This document shows positions 11,301 to 20,112 of a DNA stretch of 64,000 bases, piece after piece. The DNA lies in IMG/VR virus record IMGVR_UViG_3300015610_000750, positions 1 to 64,000 of that record; one strand, given 5' to 3'. Numbering within the stretch: position 1 is the first letter of the stretch; each line of letters opens with the position of its first letter. Made by a program: the position numbers and the translations under genes. Below the pieces are notes generated by a model. That model made no database searches and was not told the DNA's origin. It worked only from the letters and a program-made list of their open reading frames with translations. The DNA is from a virus. Its lineage: Duplodnaviria; Caudoviricetes.

Positions 11301-14298
11301 GGTACAAACTATTACACTATTGTATTCAGATCCTTTCGATCTTTTGATCAATTCATCTAATGGTGATATTTATGTGTCGTATGCTTCGTCTCCAGTTATT
11401 TCTATATGGTCATCAAGCAATACGTCTATTAGTACATTATCAGTCAGTGGTAACTCATTTAAGATGGCATATGACTCATTTGATAATGACATATTTGCTG
11501 TAATAGATGATGTTGTTAATGGTGTAATAAGAATAGGTGGTAATACAAGAATAGTAGAAACCTCTTATGGTATACCTACTTCAGGTATGACATCATCAGC
11601 ATATGAAATATATTATGAACCCGTTAATGAATCAATTTATGTTTATGGCACATCATCACTATATAAGATAGATAATGGATCACCATCGGCTATTACATCG
11701 GTTCCAACACAAACATTTAACAATATTATATTCAATAACCTAACTGGGGAGATTAATATCTCTGACTCTAGTACATCATTTACACAATTAGATTTGAATA
11801 CTGATGCGGCTGCGCCTTCTGGTGTTTCCAACTACGGCTATATAGTACTAAATCAATTTGATGGCGATATTTACTTATCATCGTTGTCTTTGAATAACAT
11901 TATAGTTATAGATGCTATTAGTGGTTCGGTTAAATATACTGCTCCTATGTCTGCTCAAACAACAAAGGTGATATTTAACCCAGAGAGAAATAGTGTCTGG
12001 GCTTTACAGCCATCAACTAATTCACTTGTTGAGGTTGTTGTTACTGTGAATAGTAGTATTAATTTAATACCTTCTACTTATAGTGTCGTGGGTGAAAACT
12101 TATATGGAACTCTATCTGATGAATATTCTCGTAAATCTAATATGTGGTTAAAAACAAGAGAGTATTTAAGAAGACCGAGGGAAAATTTTGAGGGGGAGAA
12201 ACAAGTTCAGTACTACTGGAAGTGGTTCTCAGATAATGTTCCTCAGTTTTTCATGTATGATTTTTCGGGGGACCAATTGCCAATAACTGGATCATACGCA
12301 TATACCGGTGTTAAACCATTGGATAAGGTGGTTCTTAATAAGGATCCTAATAGAGATGTTACTAAGACCGGTCTTGCTGAGTATCAACAGACAATATTTG
12401 ATAGAATTGAGATGTCTCTAGATTACATAGATAGCTCTACTGATATTTCTACCGAGGTCGTACCATCGGAATTATTTATTGGATTTAATGCATCCGAGGA
12501 GGGAGCTATTAGATCTATATTACAGTTATATAAAAAGGAAGATATAAACTTTGACATTATCACCAATGCGACAAATAATAATGTTATAACATTTGAAACG
12601 ATTACTAATAAGGATGGAAGTACATATGGTCAAATATCATTAAATGTGTTGAGTGATAACAACTTTGTTGATGATGATACTGATGATAGTTTTGTTGGAA
12701 CAAGGAGAGGACTGAAAGTTGGTCAGCAATTAGCTATTTTCGTTAAGGACAATACAAATGTTAAGAACCAATACATATCACCTAATAATGGAAGGTTGGT
12801 TAAAATAAGGGAAATTTACAATAGAACACTAATTGTTGATTTCATTAACCCTGAGTATGATAAATTGGACAGTGAGGTTACGAAGCTGTCGGACTATCCT
12901 AAGGTTGGTCAAACTACATATTTAACTACAACATTTAGGGTTTGGGACAGAGAGATAGGTAGGTTTACCGTATATGGACAAACAGAGGTTGAGGATATTA
13001 GATATAAGATAGAGCTCTCAAATATAGGTAAGAATATCGGATCTAATGAAACATTTATATTTAAGGAATATGATATAAATGAGGGTGGAATAGATTGGAC
13101 ATACTTGAATAAAAAGAGGAAAGAGATGTTAATGATGAAGCATCTTATATACCCTTATATTGGATCTTATAAATCCATAATAAATGCTATAAATTATTTT
13201 GGATATAATGATTTGGAGCTAAATGAGTATTATAGAAACATAGATGAATTGTCCGCTAATTACCTTAAACTATTCAAAGTTGAAATACCTGATATATTTG
13301 ATAATACCGTTGAAGGGTGGACAGAAAATGACTTCATTAAACACACAATGCCAAATGAGAAGTATGAAGCTACTAATTTATTTAATCTAACTTATAATAT
13401 TACTGATAAAGAGGGAAATAACGTGTTGAATTATAGTTTAGATGAAGTTATCATAAAGTTACAAGGATTGAAGTATTGGTTGCAAAGAAATATAATTCCT
13501 TTGACACATAAGATACTAGATATAACTGGAAGGGCATATACAGTTGGTGGTACTCAAATTCAACATAGGGTACATGATGTCAATAATATTAAGATTAAGC
13601 AGTCTATGACTCCCGTGTCATTTAATATGAGTGAGGCATATCTTATGCCTGTTAATAGTGGTTCCACTGTCTATAACTGTGTTTTGGATTTCTCAACACA
13701 GACACAGTCAGTTACTCCTGACTATTATACAATAGATATTAAGACATATAAAACCTATAAAGAGTGGGCTCCTTTTACAACATATGATATTGGGGACAAG
13801 ATTATTTACTATGGTAGAATATACGAGTCTCAACAAGATTCAAATAAGGTTAAGAACCCAAGAAAATATGAAGCTACTCCAGAATGGAGTGCTAATATAA
13901 TATACACACCGACAAATATTGTTAAATATAATAGAGATGTTTATGTGTATAGTGGTATTGGATTAACTGGTGGTACATCATCCGCTACCTATTCAAGTAC
14001 TCCTCCTTTATTGGATACTACAAATTGGTTAAAAATAACTGAATGGAAAGAAATGGATTTTGAACCAGTTCAGAAGATATATGAATATAGACAAATAGAT
14101 AATCTATTACCATTCAACTTCACAATCGATTCAAATATTGATCCATTTGTTGTAATAGAAATTACATCTGATAACGGATATGGATTAACTTATAGAGATA
14201 AGAAGAACTATGAAGTTAGAGGATTAATGGACTTGAGAGATCCAGTAAGATATATTGATCCGATAGGTCCTTTCCAACCTATATCTGAGATACCTTAA
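8356..14298 (+). CDS. large baseplate wedge/structural protein with internal beta-propeller (YVTN-like) region
   Basis: 1980 aa; IVNGGSGY-type repeats, propeller-like repeats (YNTVNNYLY, YEPVNESIY), C-terminal IGSYKSIINAINYFGY resembling baseplate wedge subunits. Confidence 0.6.
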   Translation: MSSNHKNLVFFNKEGDYLNFQYKDDVGRFEGDILFHENSSDTFKTQALYMLERIPAFEYELPGVLTLDKFQLFNEFGMHFYGAKYQNEQIETIEPVNNDSNFYSKWIYGSNFEVKFPIGTVVIFDSPLMEFNDTNKTYIVVATKKNAVMIVSTIDNATFETTYYSVYSNPSTYTNKTISGVNIVGIYNYVDNTLQNNLSNWSEPNFYDKYYVGKKLNIVNSSLNDGTVTIVNPDVTDIIHYEYELSSAPTYSNIIMEVITRTDLPIIYEGPITITTDNKVAFSGDAPAILKPGTEFKIVGSVLNTNYFNVSSVPTFLGNTQLTYYATQSQVLWNNKIYECVYGYTQSATSSITPDNLSYWIPATYVSVDQTTIAESLLNCQLYLTTDHFYFDFGWTFSKAVTLASMAEKYTEDLKLFNIDLYYKYNKIKADLVYPSRYAEVNFYYDTVAPTASIGDYRTVYERGVQVRETLIPELNYDYSSNYSYNVVFTDIDEFGIKVFVNKMLYQEEVDWVYSGIAPDMERTIDRTLRNWLTRHYARLVTLGIIPTLAYIGNYASIYYNSIILRTQYPNVPIDFSVEVGTTANFNIEHSTVLFTDMGGYLSFTINDKAYDQSTFYLDKISSISIVNGGSGYTPSSTQSVIISSPSLPGQQASAIATISASGSVSSISLTDSGYGYDASATAVLYGATISNATFSVSIGKSQYPNIPATLDAWVESHSDYLEELGIYATNFNNLLKFDIKDIHKRFEYSIKIGKSLLPGQVPYTIVNKIKGNFGGLITSNEVLLPTNTDSLEEAGFATGMVFSINNTIYPFNNQEYNIQFLDPDRLNLSYQGPFWGLTDSLCNSSAFVTIAFNIGFGQTGCPPSFGPTSSLGGPFDPLMFDSAMFSLSYNPNTYVINNYDLNSYPGSSNLIDIQYVQISDSIYGLGDDVVVIDAFLGQYVTTISLPGNTQSIDMEYNTVNNYLYCLTKNALYVVDPLLNSLVQTITLLYSDPFDLLINSSNGDIYVSYASSPVISIWSSSNTSISTLSVSGNSFKMAYDSFDNDIFAVIDDVVNGVIRIGGNTRIVETSYGIPTSGMTSSAYEIYYEPVNESIYVYGTSSLYKIDNGSPSAITSVPTQTFNNIIFNNLTGEINISDSSTSFTQLDLNTDAAAPSGVSNYGYIVLNQFDGDIYLSSLSLNNIIVIDAISGSVKYTAPMSAQTTKVIFNPERNSVWALQPSTNSLVEVVVTVNSSINLIPSTYSVVGENLYGTLSDEYSRKSNMWLKTREYLRRPRENFEGEKQVQYYWKWFSDNVPQFFMYDFSGDQLPITGSYAYTGVKPLDKVVLNKDPNRDVTKTGLAEYQQTIFDRIEMSLDYIDSSTDISTEVVPSELFIGFNASEEGAIRSILQLYKKEDINFDIITNATNNNVITFETITNKDGSTYGQISLNVLSDNNFVDDDTDDSFVGTRRGLKVGQQLAIFVKDNTNVKNQYISPNNGRLVKIREIYNRTLIVDFINPEYDKLDSEVTKLSDYPKVGQTTYLTTTFRVWDREIGRFTVYGQTEVEDIRYKIELSNIGKNIGSNETFIFKEYDINEGGIDWTYLNKKRKEMLMMKHLIYPYIGSYKSIINAINYFGYNDLELNEYYRNIDELSANYLKLFKVEIPDIFDNTVEGWTENDFIKHTMPNEKYEATNLFNLTYNITDKEGNNVLNYSLDEVIIKLQGLKYWLQRNIIPLTHKILDITGRAYTVGGTQIQHRVHDVNNIKIKQSMTPVSFNMSEAYLMPVNSGSTVYNCVLDFSTQTQSVTPDYYTIDIKTYKTYKEWAPFTTYDIGDKIIYYGRIYESQQDSNKVKNPRKYEATPEWSANIIYTPTNIVKYNRDVYVYSGIGLTGGTSSATYSSTPPLLDTTNWLKITEWKEMDFEPVQKIYEYRQIDNLLPFNFTIDSNIDPFVVIEITSDNGYGLTYRDKKNYEVRGLMDLRDPVRYIDPIGPFQPISEIP

Positions 14299-14332
14299 TT
14301 AAAAAAACCCACTTAAAAAGTGGGTTTTTATT

Positions 14333-14584
14333 TTATGTTTTGAATTTATTAGACATATTAGACATATCTTTCATGTAGGATGATGGATTGAAGTTTGGCA
14401 TATTTTTCGTTTGTGTATCTTCTTCTTTCTTTCTATGCTTTTCTTCTTCTTCTAATATCTCATTAACAAGTTTAATATTTTCCTCAAACATCCAATATGG
14501 CCAATCATCTATTGATATCTCAGCCACATGAAAGTGTTTTTGTAACATTAATTTATTCTTTAATATATGTTTCAAAGGCATCAT
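14333..14584 (-). CDS. baseplate hub assembly chaperone-like protein (T4 gp51-like)
   Basis: LQKHFH..IDDWPYWMFEENIKLVNE motif directly downstream of the gp26-like gene; start moved to ATG ATG at 14584. Confidence 0.55.
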   Translation of the reverse strand: MMPLKHILKNKLMLQKHFHVAEISIDDWPYWMFEENIKLVNEILEEEEKHRKKEEDTQTKNMPNFNPSSYMKDMSNMSNKFKT

Positions 14585-15506
14585 GAATAACGAAAATACC
14601 TGACGCTCCGTTGGGAAATTGCATCTCTGTGTGGACCTCCCCTCCACACGCGGTACAGGTCTTCTTTAATTCACTGATACCAAATGTCATCTTACCAACT
14701 GCTGCATTCAAGAACTGGAATGATATATCATCCATTAATTGAAACTCTTTCAATTTTTCTTTTATTCCATCCATTGTTATATATGTTCTACCATCTAAAA
14801 GAAATGGAATAATCTTTAAGAAAGAAAGATTTGGAGATCTTTTATCGTTATTTTCACTTATTATGTATTCAGTGAATGCCTTTTGTAAACCAATATTTGG
14901 TGGAGTTAATGAAAATTCCTTACCATTGGTTGTTCTGAATCTGAACATTCTACTTGAATCATCAAAATATTTATCTAATTTACTATCTATTTTGTGAAAT
15001 ACAAAGTTAGATCTTTTTAATTCTACTTGAGTTTCTTCACCACAAGAGCATTTAGCATTCACAGCAAGTGAACTACCTTGTTGAAAGGTTAACTCTCTGA
15101 TAAGGAATAATAGATATAATCTATCTTGGTCTTTTACATCCAAATAAGAATGAACTTTACCATCAGGGTATTTAACTCTAACACATTCTTTTATCATGTC
15201 GTTCATTTTCTCAACTACATCATAAAAATTAGTATCATCAACCATTGAATATGCTTGTATTTCTTTAACCTGAGCTGGTCTAACTTGAAGAATTGTTCCA
15301 GTTGGGTAAAATTTACCACAAGGTAATTCTTTGACATCAAAGCTAAAATACTGCAAATCAGTTACTCTTGAACTGTTATTAACAGGATTAGTTGCAAATG
15401 GTATATCGCTATTTATTTGATTTTTTTGACTTCCAGATTCTAGATCTTCTAAGTGTTTCTTTAGATAATCTTCTTCTGACATATTGTTTTTTTCCTTATC
15501 TGACAT
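14553..15506 (-). CDS. baseplate hub assembly protein (T4 gp26-like)
   Basis: LPCGKFYP, VRPAQVKE, DRLYLLFLIRELT, CxC and CxxC zinc ligands. Confidence 0.7.
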   Translation of the reverse strand: MSDKEKNNMSEEDYLKKHLEDLESGSQKNQINSDIPFATNPVNNSSRVTDLQYFSFDVKELPCGKFYPTGTILQVRPAQVKEIQAYSMVDDTNFYDVVEKMNDMIKECVRVKYPDGKVHSYLDVKDQDRLYLLFLIRELTFQQGSSLAVNAKCSCGEETQVELKRSNFVFHKIDSKLDKYFDDSSRMFRFRTTNGKEFSLTPPNIGLQKAFTEYIISENNDKRSPNLSFLKIIPFLLDGRTYITMDGIKEKLKEFQLMDDISFQFLNAAVGKMTFGISELKKTCTACGGEVHTEMQFPNGASGIFVIHDAFETYIKE

Positions 15507-15636
15507 AAAACTATGTTATTTTTTATTATATATTCGCAGAATACGTCTCTCTATTATAGTAATAATAATTGTTATGTTTTCATATAGGCACAAAAAAAGG
15601 GAGATATTATCTCCCTTTTTAATTTGTATAGTTTTA

Positions 15637-18600
15637 TTATGGTATTATGAAACCACCTGATTGGATAGCTCCTGTTCTTAGTATTGTAATGTTGTTTACA
15701 ATTATACCCATACCCTTGATAGGTTCTACGTATGTATCAAGAACACCCATTTGATTATCGATAACATCAGATGTGTTATTTTCTTCGTCAATCTTGTTGA
15801 AGTAGTTATATAGACCATTTCTGCTTACATAAGTTTCACAGATAACGTCAGCTCTTAACTTAATTTCAGCTCTGATGTCTGGAGTGTTAAACTTCCATTG
15901 GAAGTCAAGTAACATTCTAGAAAGTTCTCTTTCAAGTTCAATCAATACTTCTCTTACGTGTATGTAAGAAAGAGCAGATTTGTAAAGAGTTTGAGCTGTA
16001 TTTTCAGTCTCGATAACATATCCTCTATTTCTCTTGAACACTATTGGGTTCATTTGAGCTTGGTTAAGGTTTTCAATATCTGATGGTGTGAAGTCGATTT
16101 CAAGACCAGCGATATTAGTTACTTTACCATTAGTTACACCAGCTGCAATTGTCCAAGGTGTTATAGAAGTCACATTTGTGATGTGTTTTCTCATATATGT
16201 AGTTGCTACATATGAAGATGGTGGAACAAATAAAGGTCTACCATTATCATTTACACTTACATAAGGTGCGAAGTAACCTGTACAAGTTGTACCAGCTCCA
16301 TCACCGAATGAGTATAAGAATGCTGGATTAGATTCTGGGTCACCACCACTTGCTATGAACGATGTTTGTAAAACTCCTTCTGCATCTACGAATGTAGGAG
16401 ATGTAGAGTTTTTGAACGATTTCATAGATGGCATATTGATGAATCCAAATGCGTCTAATCTTTCACCACATATATCAACTAATTGTTGTTTAGATCTCTC
16501 AGTTAATCCTAAACCAAATGAGTCAATTAAGTATCTAAAGTCAATTGCTTCTTTATTTGTTATTGCTTTGAATAAAGGAGTTCCTTTAGCTACTAAGTTT
16601 AGTATCTCATTTTGTCTAGTTTCGCTACCGTCAGGTAATGAGTCTTGTCTAATTCTGAATCCTTTAAGTGTTATCGCCTTATATGTTGATACATAATCTT
16701 CGATAGTTGTGTATCTCATCGCTTGATAATCACCAGAGAAATTGTATGTTGCTATTCTAGCATCACAGCTTATTTCAACTAATGAAGTATCAGGTGCGTA
16801 AGTCTTCTTACTTAAAATTCTTGTTAATTTCTTAGCAACTTCACCAACTTCTAATGAGTTAGTATCAACGTATGCCTCTAAGAAATCACCAACTTTTAAC
16901 TCAGTGTATCTAGTTGCGTTTACAAGTATCTTGTTAGGAACTTGAACATAACCAGAAGGTATTTCAATCTCAACAGTTTCTTTGAAGTTAGACTTCAATG
17001 ATTGTATATAGAATGTGTTATTTAGTGATGTGTTCACTGGTTCACTACTTTGTAGTAATGAGTCCATGAATTTAACCTCTAACTCATTTGAGTTATTTAA
17101 GTACATTAATAAGTAATGTTTCTTTAGATAATCGTAAACAAGTTCAACTCCAAATAAGTCTTCTGATGTTGTGTTTTCATTAACTTGGAATGCGTAGTAT
17201 CCAGAAGCTGTGAAACCTAACATAGATGCTATAGTACCACTATTTGATGTTATTGTAAATGAACCAAGATTTTTTGTTGAATCCGGAACAGATACTTGAT
17301 CAAATACATTCAGTGTTATTGTAGCTGACGGGCTATAGAACACGATATAGTCATTTCCTGATGCTGCAGTTGCTCCTGATGGTGCGTCTTCTCCAGGAAG
17401 GAATGATATATCTACTGGTTCTGATATAATATTAGAGTAGAAAAAGTCTCCAGTATTAACTTGACCATCTACATACTTAGTATAAAGTGTAGAGTATTTA
17501 GCTACAACACCTTCTGTGCTTAAGTTTGCAACTTGATCTTTAGTCGCTACCGATGTTTGACCAAGTATAAACTCATTATCTAAAGTGTAGAATAATAAGT
17601 ATCCATTTACTATATCAGTATATGATGTTAATCCAGTGTTTAACACAAATGATTTATTAGATGTATTAGATGTTACTATGTTTGTAACTGTCATACCTTC
17701 AAGACTCTTCTTGTCCATAGAAGTGTAGTTAGTTATCATAGTCATCTTATCCTTATTAGGACCATCTAACAAATTAATCATATTGTTAAATGTTTTGATT
17801 CTTCTATATTGTTCGTACTTAGTAACGTTTGGTGTGTTATTTGTGTTCTTAAATTCAACTTTAACAGAACCGTTTGTTAAATCTGTTACGAAGTAGTCGT
17901 TAGAACCTGTACCAAATGTTAATTCAACATATCCAGTTGAATTAACTGTTACATTTGTAAATGTAGGTGATGCAAGGAATGAACCATTTAGTGTATAGAA
18001 GTGAACATAACCAAGAACCACATCAGTAGAACCTACTGTTGGTTTAGTATTTGGTGTACTTGTTTCAACCTTTAATATACTACCAGTGCTATCAAGAACG
18101 AATGCTGCATAATATGATGCTGTCGATGTAGATACTGGGTAAGATGATGAAACGATACTCATTGATGATGTACCTGATACATTAACTCTTTGTCCACCAA
18201 TTACCGCATATGGGTTGTTACCAGCATTATATTGTACGTTAATTGATGCTGTTGTACTTGTTAAGAAAACAGTATTATCAAAAGATACGCTGTTAACATA
18301 TCCTTCAGCATACCAACCAGTTCTATTGCTATTAACAACAACTCCAGTTGCGTTAGGTCCGAATCCAGTGTATGGATCACCATATGCGTGTACTGAGTCT
18401 CTTAATCCTGAGAATGTGCTACCAATACCGATAACATTTCCTGGTAAGTCAAGAGGTGTACTAACTATTTTAACTGATTCAGAAATTGTATCTTTATAAG
18501 ATAAGAAATCAATATCAGCATCTTCTGTACCAACTAAATTGTTACCAATTAAGTCAAGAAGACCATTTTTGAAATCAGCCTCAACAAGGTCTGAGTTAAA

Positions 18601-19473
18601 TGAACAGAATAAACCTGTTTTATTTGTATCATTGTTAATGATGCTTTCGATGAAGATGTTTTTACCATTACCATCTCTAAAGTATGGTATTAATGATAAT
18701 CCTTCATAGTATGCTAACAATGTAATATTTCTATCATTTGCAAATTCACGAACTTTATCTTTTCTTAAACCTGATGTATTAAAATATGCACTCCATCTTG
18801 GATCAACTGCTAATTGTTGATAGTCTGACCAGTCACCACCAACAACCACTACGTCAACCATGTAATCTGATGCGTAATCAGTTTGGCTAACATAAGGTGG
18901 CATTTTTTCAACAGAACCATACCACTCGATTAAAGTTCTGTCAAATCCAGTACGCTTAGTCTTAAATACAAATGTTGTTATGTATTTATCTGATAAGTTA
19001 GTAAAGCTGAATGCTCTTTCTGAATAACCAGTATTACTCTTAGTAATGTTTATGAAAGAGTCAGTGTCTTTTTTCCAGAATCCTGTTGTGTCATGAAACC
19101 TTCTATAAGGAGCTGTTCTAACAATATCATTGTTATAGTTAGATGCTGCTGATAGAGATCTATATTCAATTGTGTCTAGGTCGTCATCTGTGGCTAATAG
19201 GTTTATAGCATAAACAGGAGCTGTTTCTAGCATTTTTGAAATAGTTCTATGGAAGAAAGAACCCTTTCTTTCAAGGCCTCTATCTAATTGTCCAAAAATA
19301 GCTTCAAGATCTCCTAATGTTTTCAACAAAATAGGAGTATTAACAGGTCCTTTTTTTGAAACACCTATAACCATATTAGTTATACCTTCAACAATTGGAC
19401 TTGTAATAATTGATTGGTCAAATTCTTCTATGAAGATTCCTGGTCTTTTGTATTTTCCAATTTGAACTGCCAT
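15637..19473 (-). CDS. tail sheath protein (T4 gp18-like) with large central insertion
   Basis: KRPGIFIEEFD, GVSKKGPVNTP, PWTIAAGVTNG, LSYIHVREVLIELE, FNTPDIR, EPIKGM. Confidence 0.92.
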   Translation of the reverse strand: MAVQIGKYKRPGIFIEEFDQSIITSPIVEGITNMVIGVSKKGPVNTPILLKTLGDLEAIFGQLDRGLERKGSFFHRTISKMLETAPVYAINLLATDDDLDTIEYRSLSAASNYNNDIVRTAPYRRFHDTTGFWKKDTDSFINITKSNTGYSERAFSFTNLSDKYITTFVFKTKRTGFDRTLIEWYGSVEKMPPYVSQTDYASDYMVDVVVVGGDWSDYQQLAVDPRWSAYFNTSGLRKDKVREFANDRNITLLAYYEGLSLIPYFRDGNGKNIFIESIINNDTNKTGLFCSFNSDLVEADFKNGLLDLIGNNLVGTEDADIDFLSYKDTISESVKIVSTPLDLPGNVIGIGSTFSGLRDSVHAYGDPYTGFGPNATGVVVNSNRTGWYAEGYVNSVSFDNTVFLTSTTASINVQYNAGNNPYAVIGGQRVNVSGTSSMSIVSSSYPVSTSTASYYAAFVLDSTGSILKVETSTPNTKPTVGSTDVVLGYVHFYTLNGSFLASPTFTNVTVNSTGYVELTFGTGSNDYFVTDLTNGSVKVEFKNTNNTPNVTKYEQYRRIKTFNNMINLLDGPNKDKMTMITNYTSMDKKSLEGMTVTNIVTSNTSNKSFVLNTGLTSYTDIVNGYLLFYTLDNEFILGQTSVATKDQVANLSTEGVVAKYSTLYTKYVDGQVNTGDFFYSNIISEPVDISFLPGEDAPSGATAASGNDYIVFYSPSATITLNVFDQVSVPDSTKNLGSFTITSNSGTIASMLGFTASGYYAFQVNENTTSEDLFGVELVYDYLKKHYLLMYLNNSNELEVKFMDSLLQSSEPVNTSLNNTFYIQSLKSNFKETVEIEIPSGYVQVPNKILVNATRYTELKVGDFLEAYVDTNSLEVGEVAKKLTRILSKKTYAPDTSLVEISCDARIATYNFSGDYQAMRYTTIEDYVSTYKAITLKGFRIRQDSLPDGSETRQNEILNLVAKGTPLFKAITNKEAIDFRYLIDSFGLGLTERSKQQLVDICGERLDAFGFINMPSMKSFKNSTSPTFVDAEGVLQTSFIASGGDPESNPAFLYSFGDGAGTTCTGYFAPYVSVNDNGRPLFVPPSSYVATTYMRKHITNVTSITPWTIAAGVTNGKVTNIAGLEIDFTPSDIENLNQAQMNPIVFKRNRGYVIETENTAQTLYKSALSYIHVREVLIELERELSRMLLDFQWKFNTPDIRAEIKLRADVICETYVSRNGLYNYFNKIDEENNTSDVIDNQMGVLDTYVEPIKGMGIIVNNITILRTGAIQSGGFIIP

Positions 19474-19551
19474 ATTTTTATAATTTAATTTTTATGTAAT
19501 GTATATATAAAATGTCGAAAACGATATTTTTTCTATTTTGACTTTTTATTC

Positions 19552-20112
19552 CTAATATTTTTGAAGCTTCATCTTCTTAATATAGTCCTTCATGTCCTTT
19601 TCTTGTTTTGTCATTTTATCCTTTAATACTTTCTCAGCATTTATTATATCTGACTTTAGTTTCGATATGGTTGAGTTCGTTAAGCCCATCCTTTTGTTAA
19701 TCTCATCTAATTTTTGACTTATAGATGCTTTCTGCTTTGAATCAGTTGCTGATTTTAATTCATTATTGAAGTCATCTAATTTTAATTTATCATTGGCATT
19801 ATCTTTTTGTACCTTATCTAATCTTCTTTTTAGATCAGTTACATTCAAATATTCTACTAGAAATGGGTTTCTATCTTCTCTTGATGAAACCTCAGGTCCT
19901 AAAATTTCCTTTACTTTATTATCTAGAGCTTTATCATCCTCTATCTTAAGATATGCTTGATCTAGGAGTGGCTTTTTTTCTTTGAACTCACTTATTTGTT
20001 TCATTAGTGTGTTCAATTTTTCTTTAGACATTCTTAAATCAGGAGCATCCGTAACTTGTGGATCAAATTCAGCCTCTTCTTTGAAAAGAAGATATTTCTT
20101 TAAGTATCTCAT
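19552..20112 (-). CDS. coiled-coil protein, putative internal head protein
   Basis: MRYLKKYLLFKEE N-terminus; heptad-rich. Confidence 0.65.
   Translation of the reverse strand: MRYLKKYLLFKEEAEFDPQVTDAPDLRMSKEKLNTLMKQISEFKEKKPLLDQAYLKIEDDKALDNKVKEILGPEVSSREDRNPFLVEYLNVTDLKRRLDKVQKDNANDKLKLDDFNNELKSATDSKQKASISQKLDEINKRMGLTNSTISKLKSDIINAEKVLKDKMTKQEKDMKDYIKKMKLQKY

Noticed and set aside
14333-14647. Programmed frameshift joining the gp26-like ORF to the downstream small ORF
   Set aside because: No clear slippery heptamer was seen, and the downstream ORF has its own ATG ATG at 14584.
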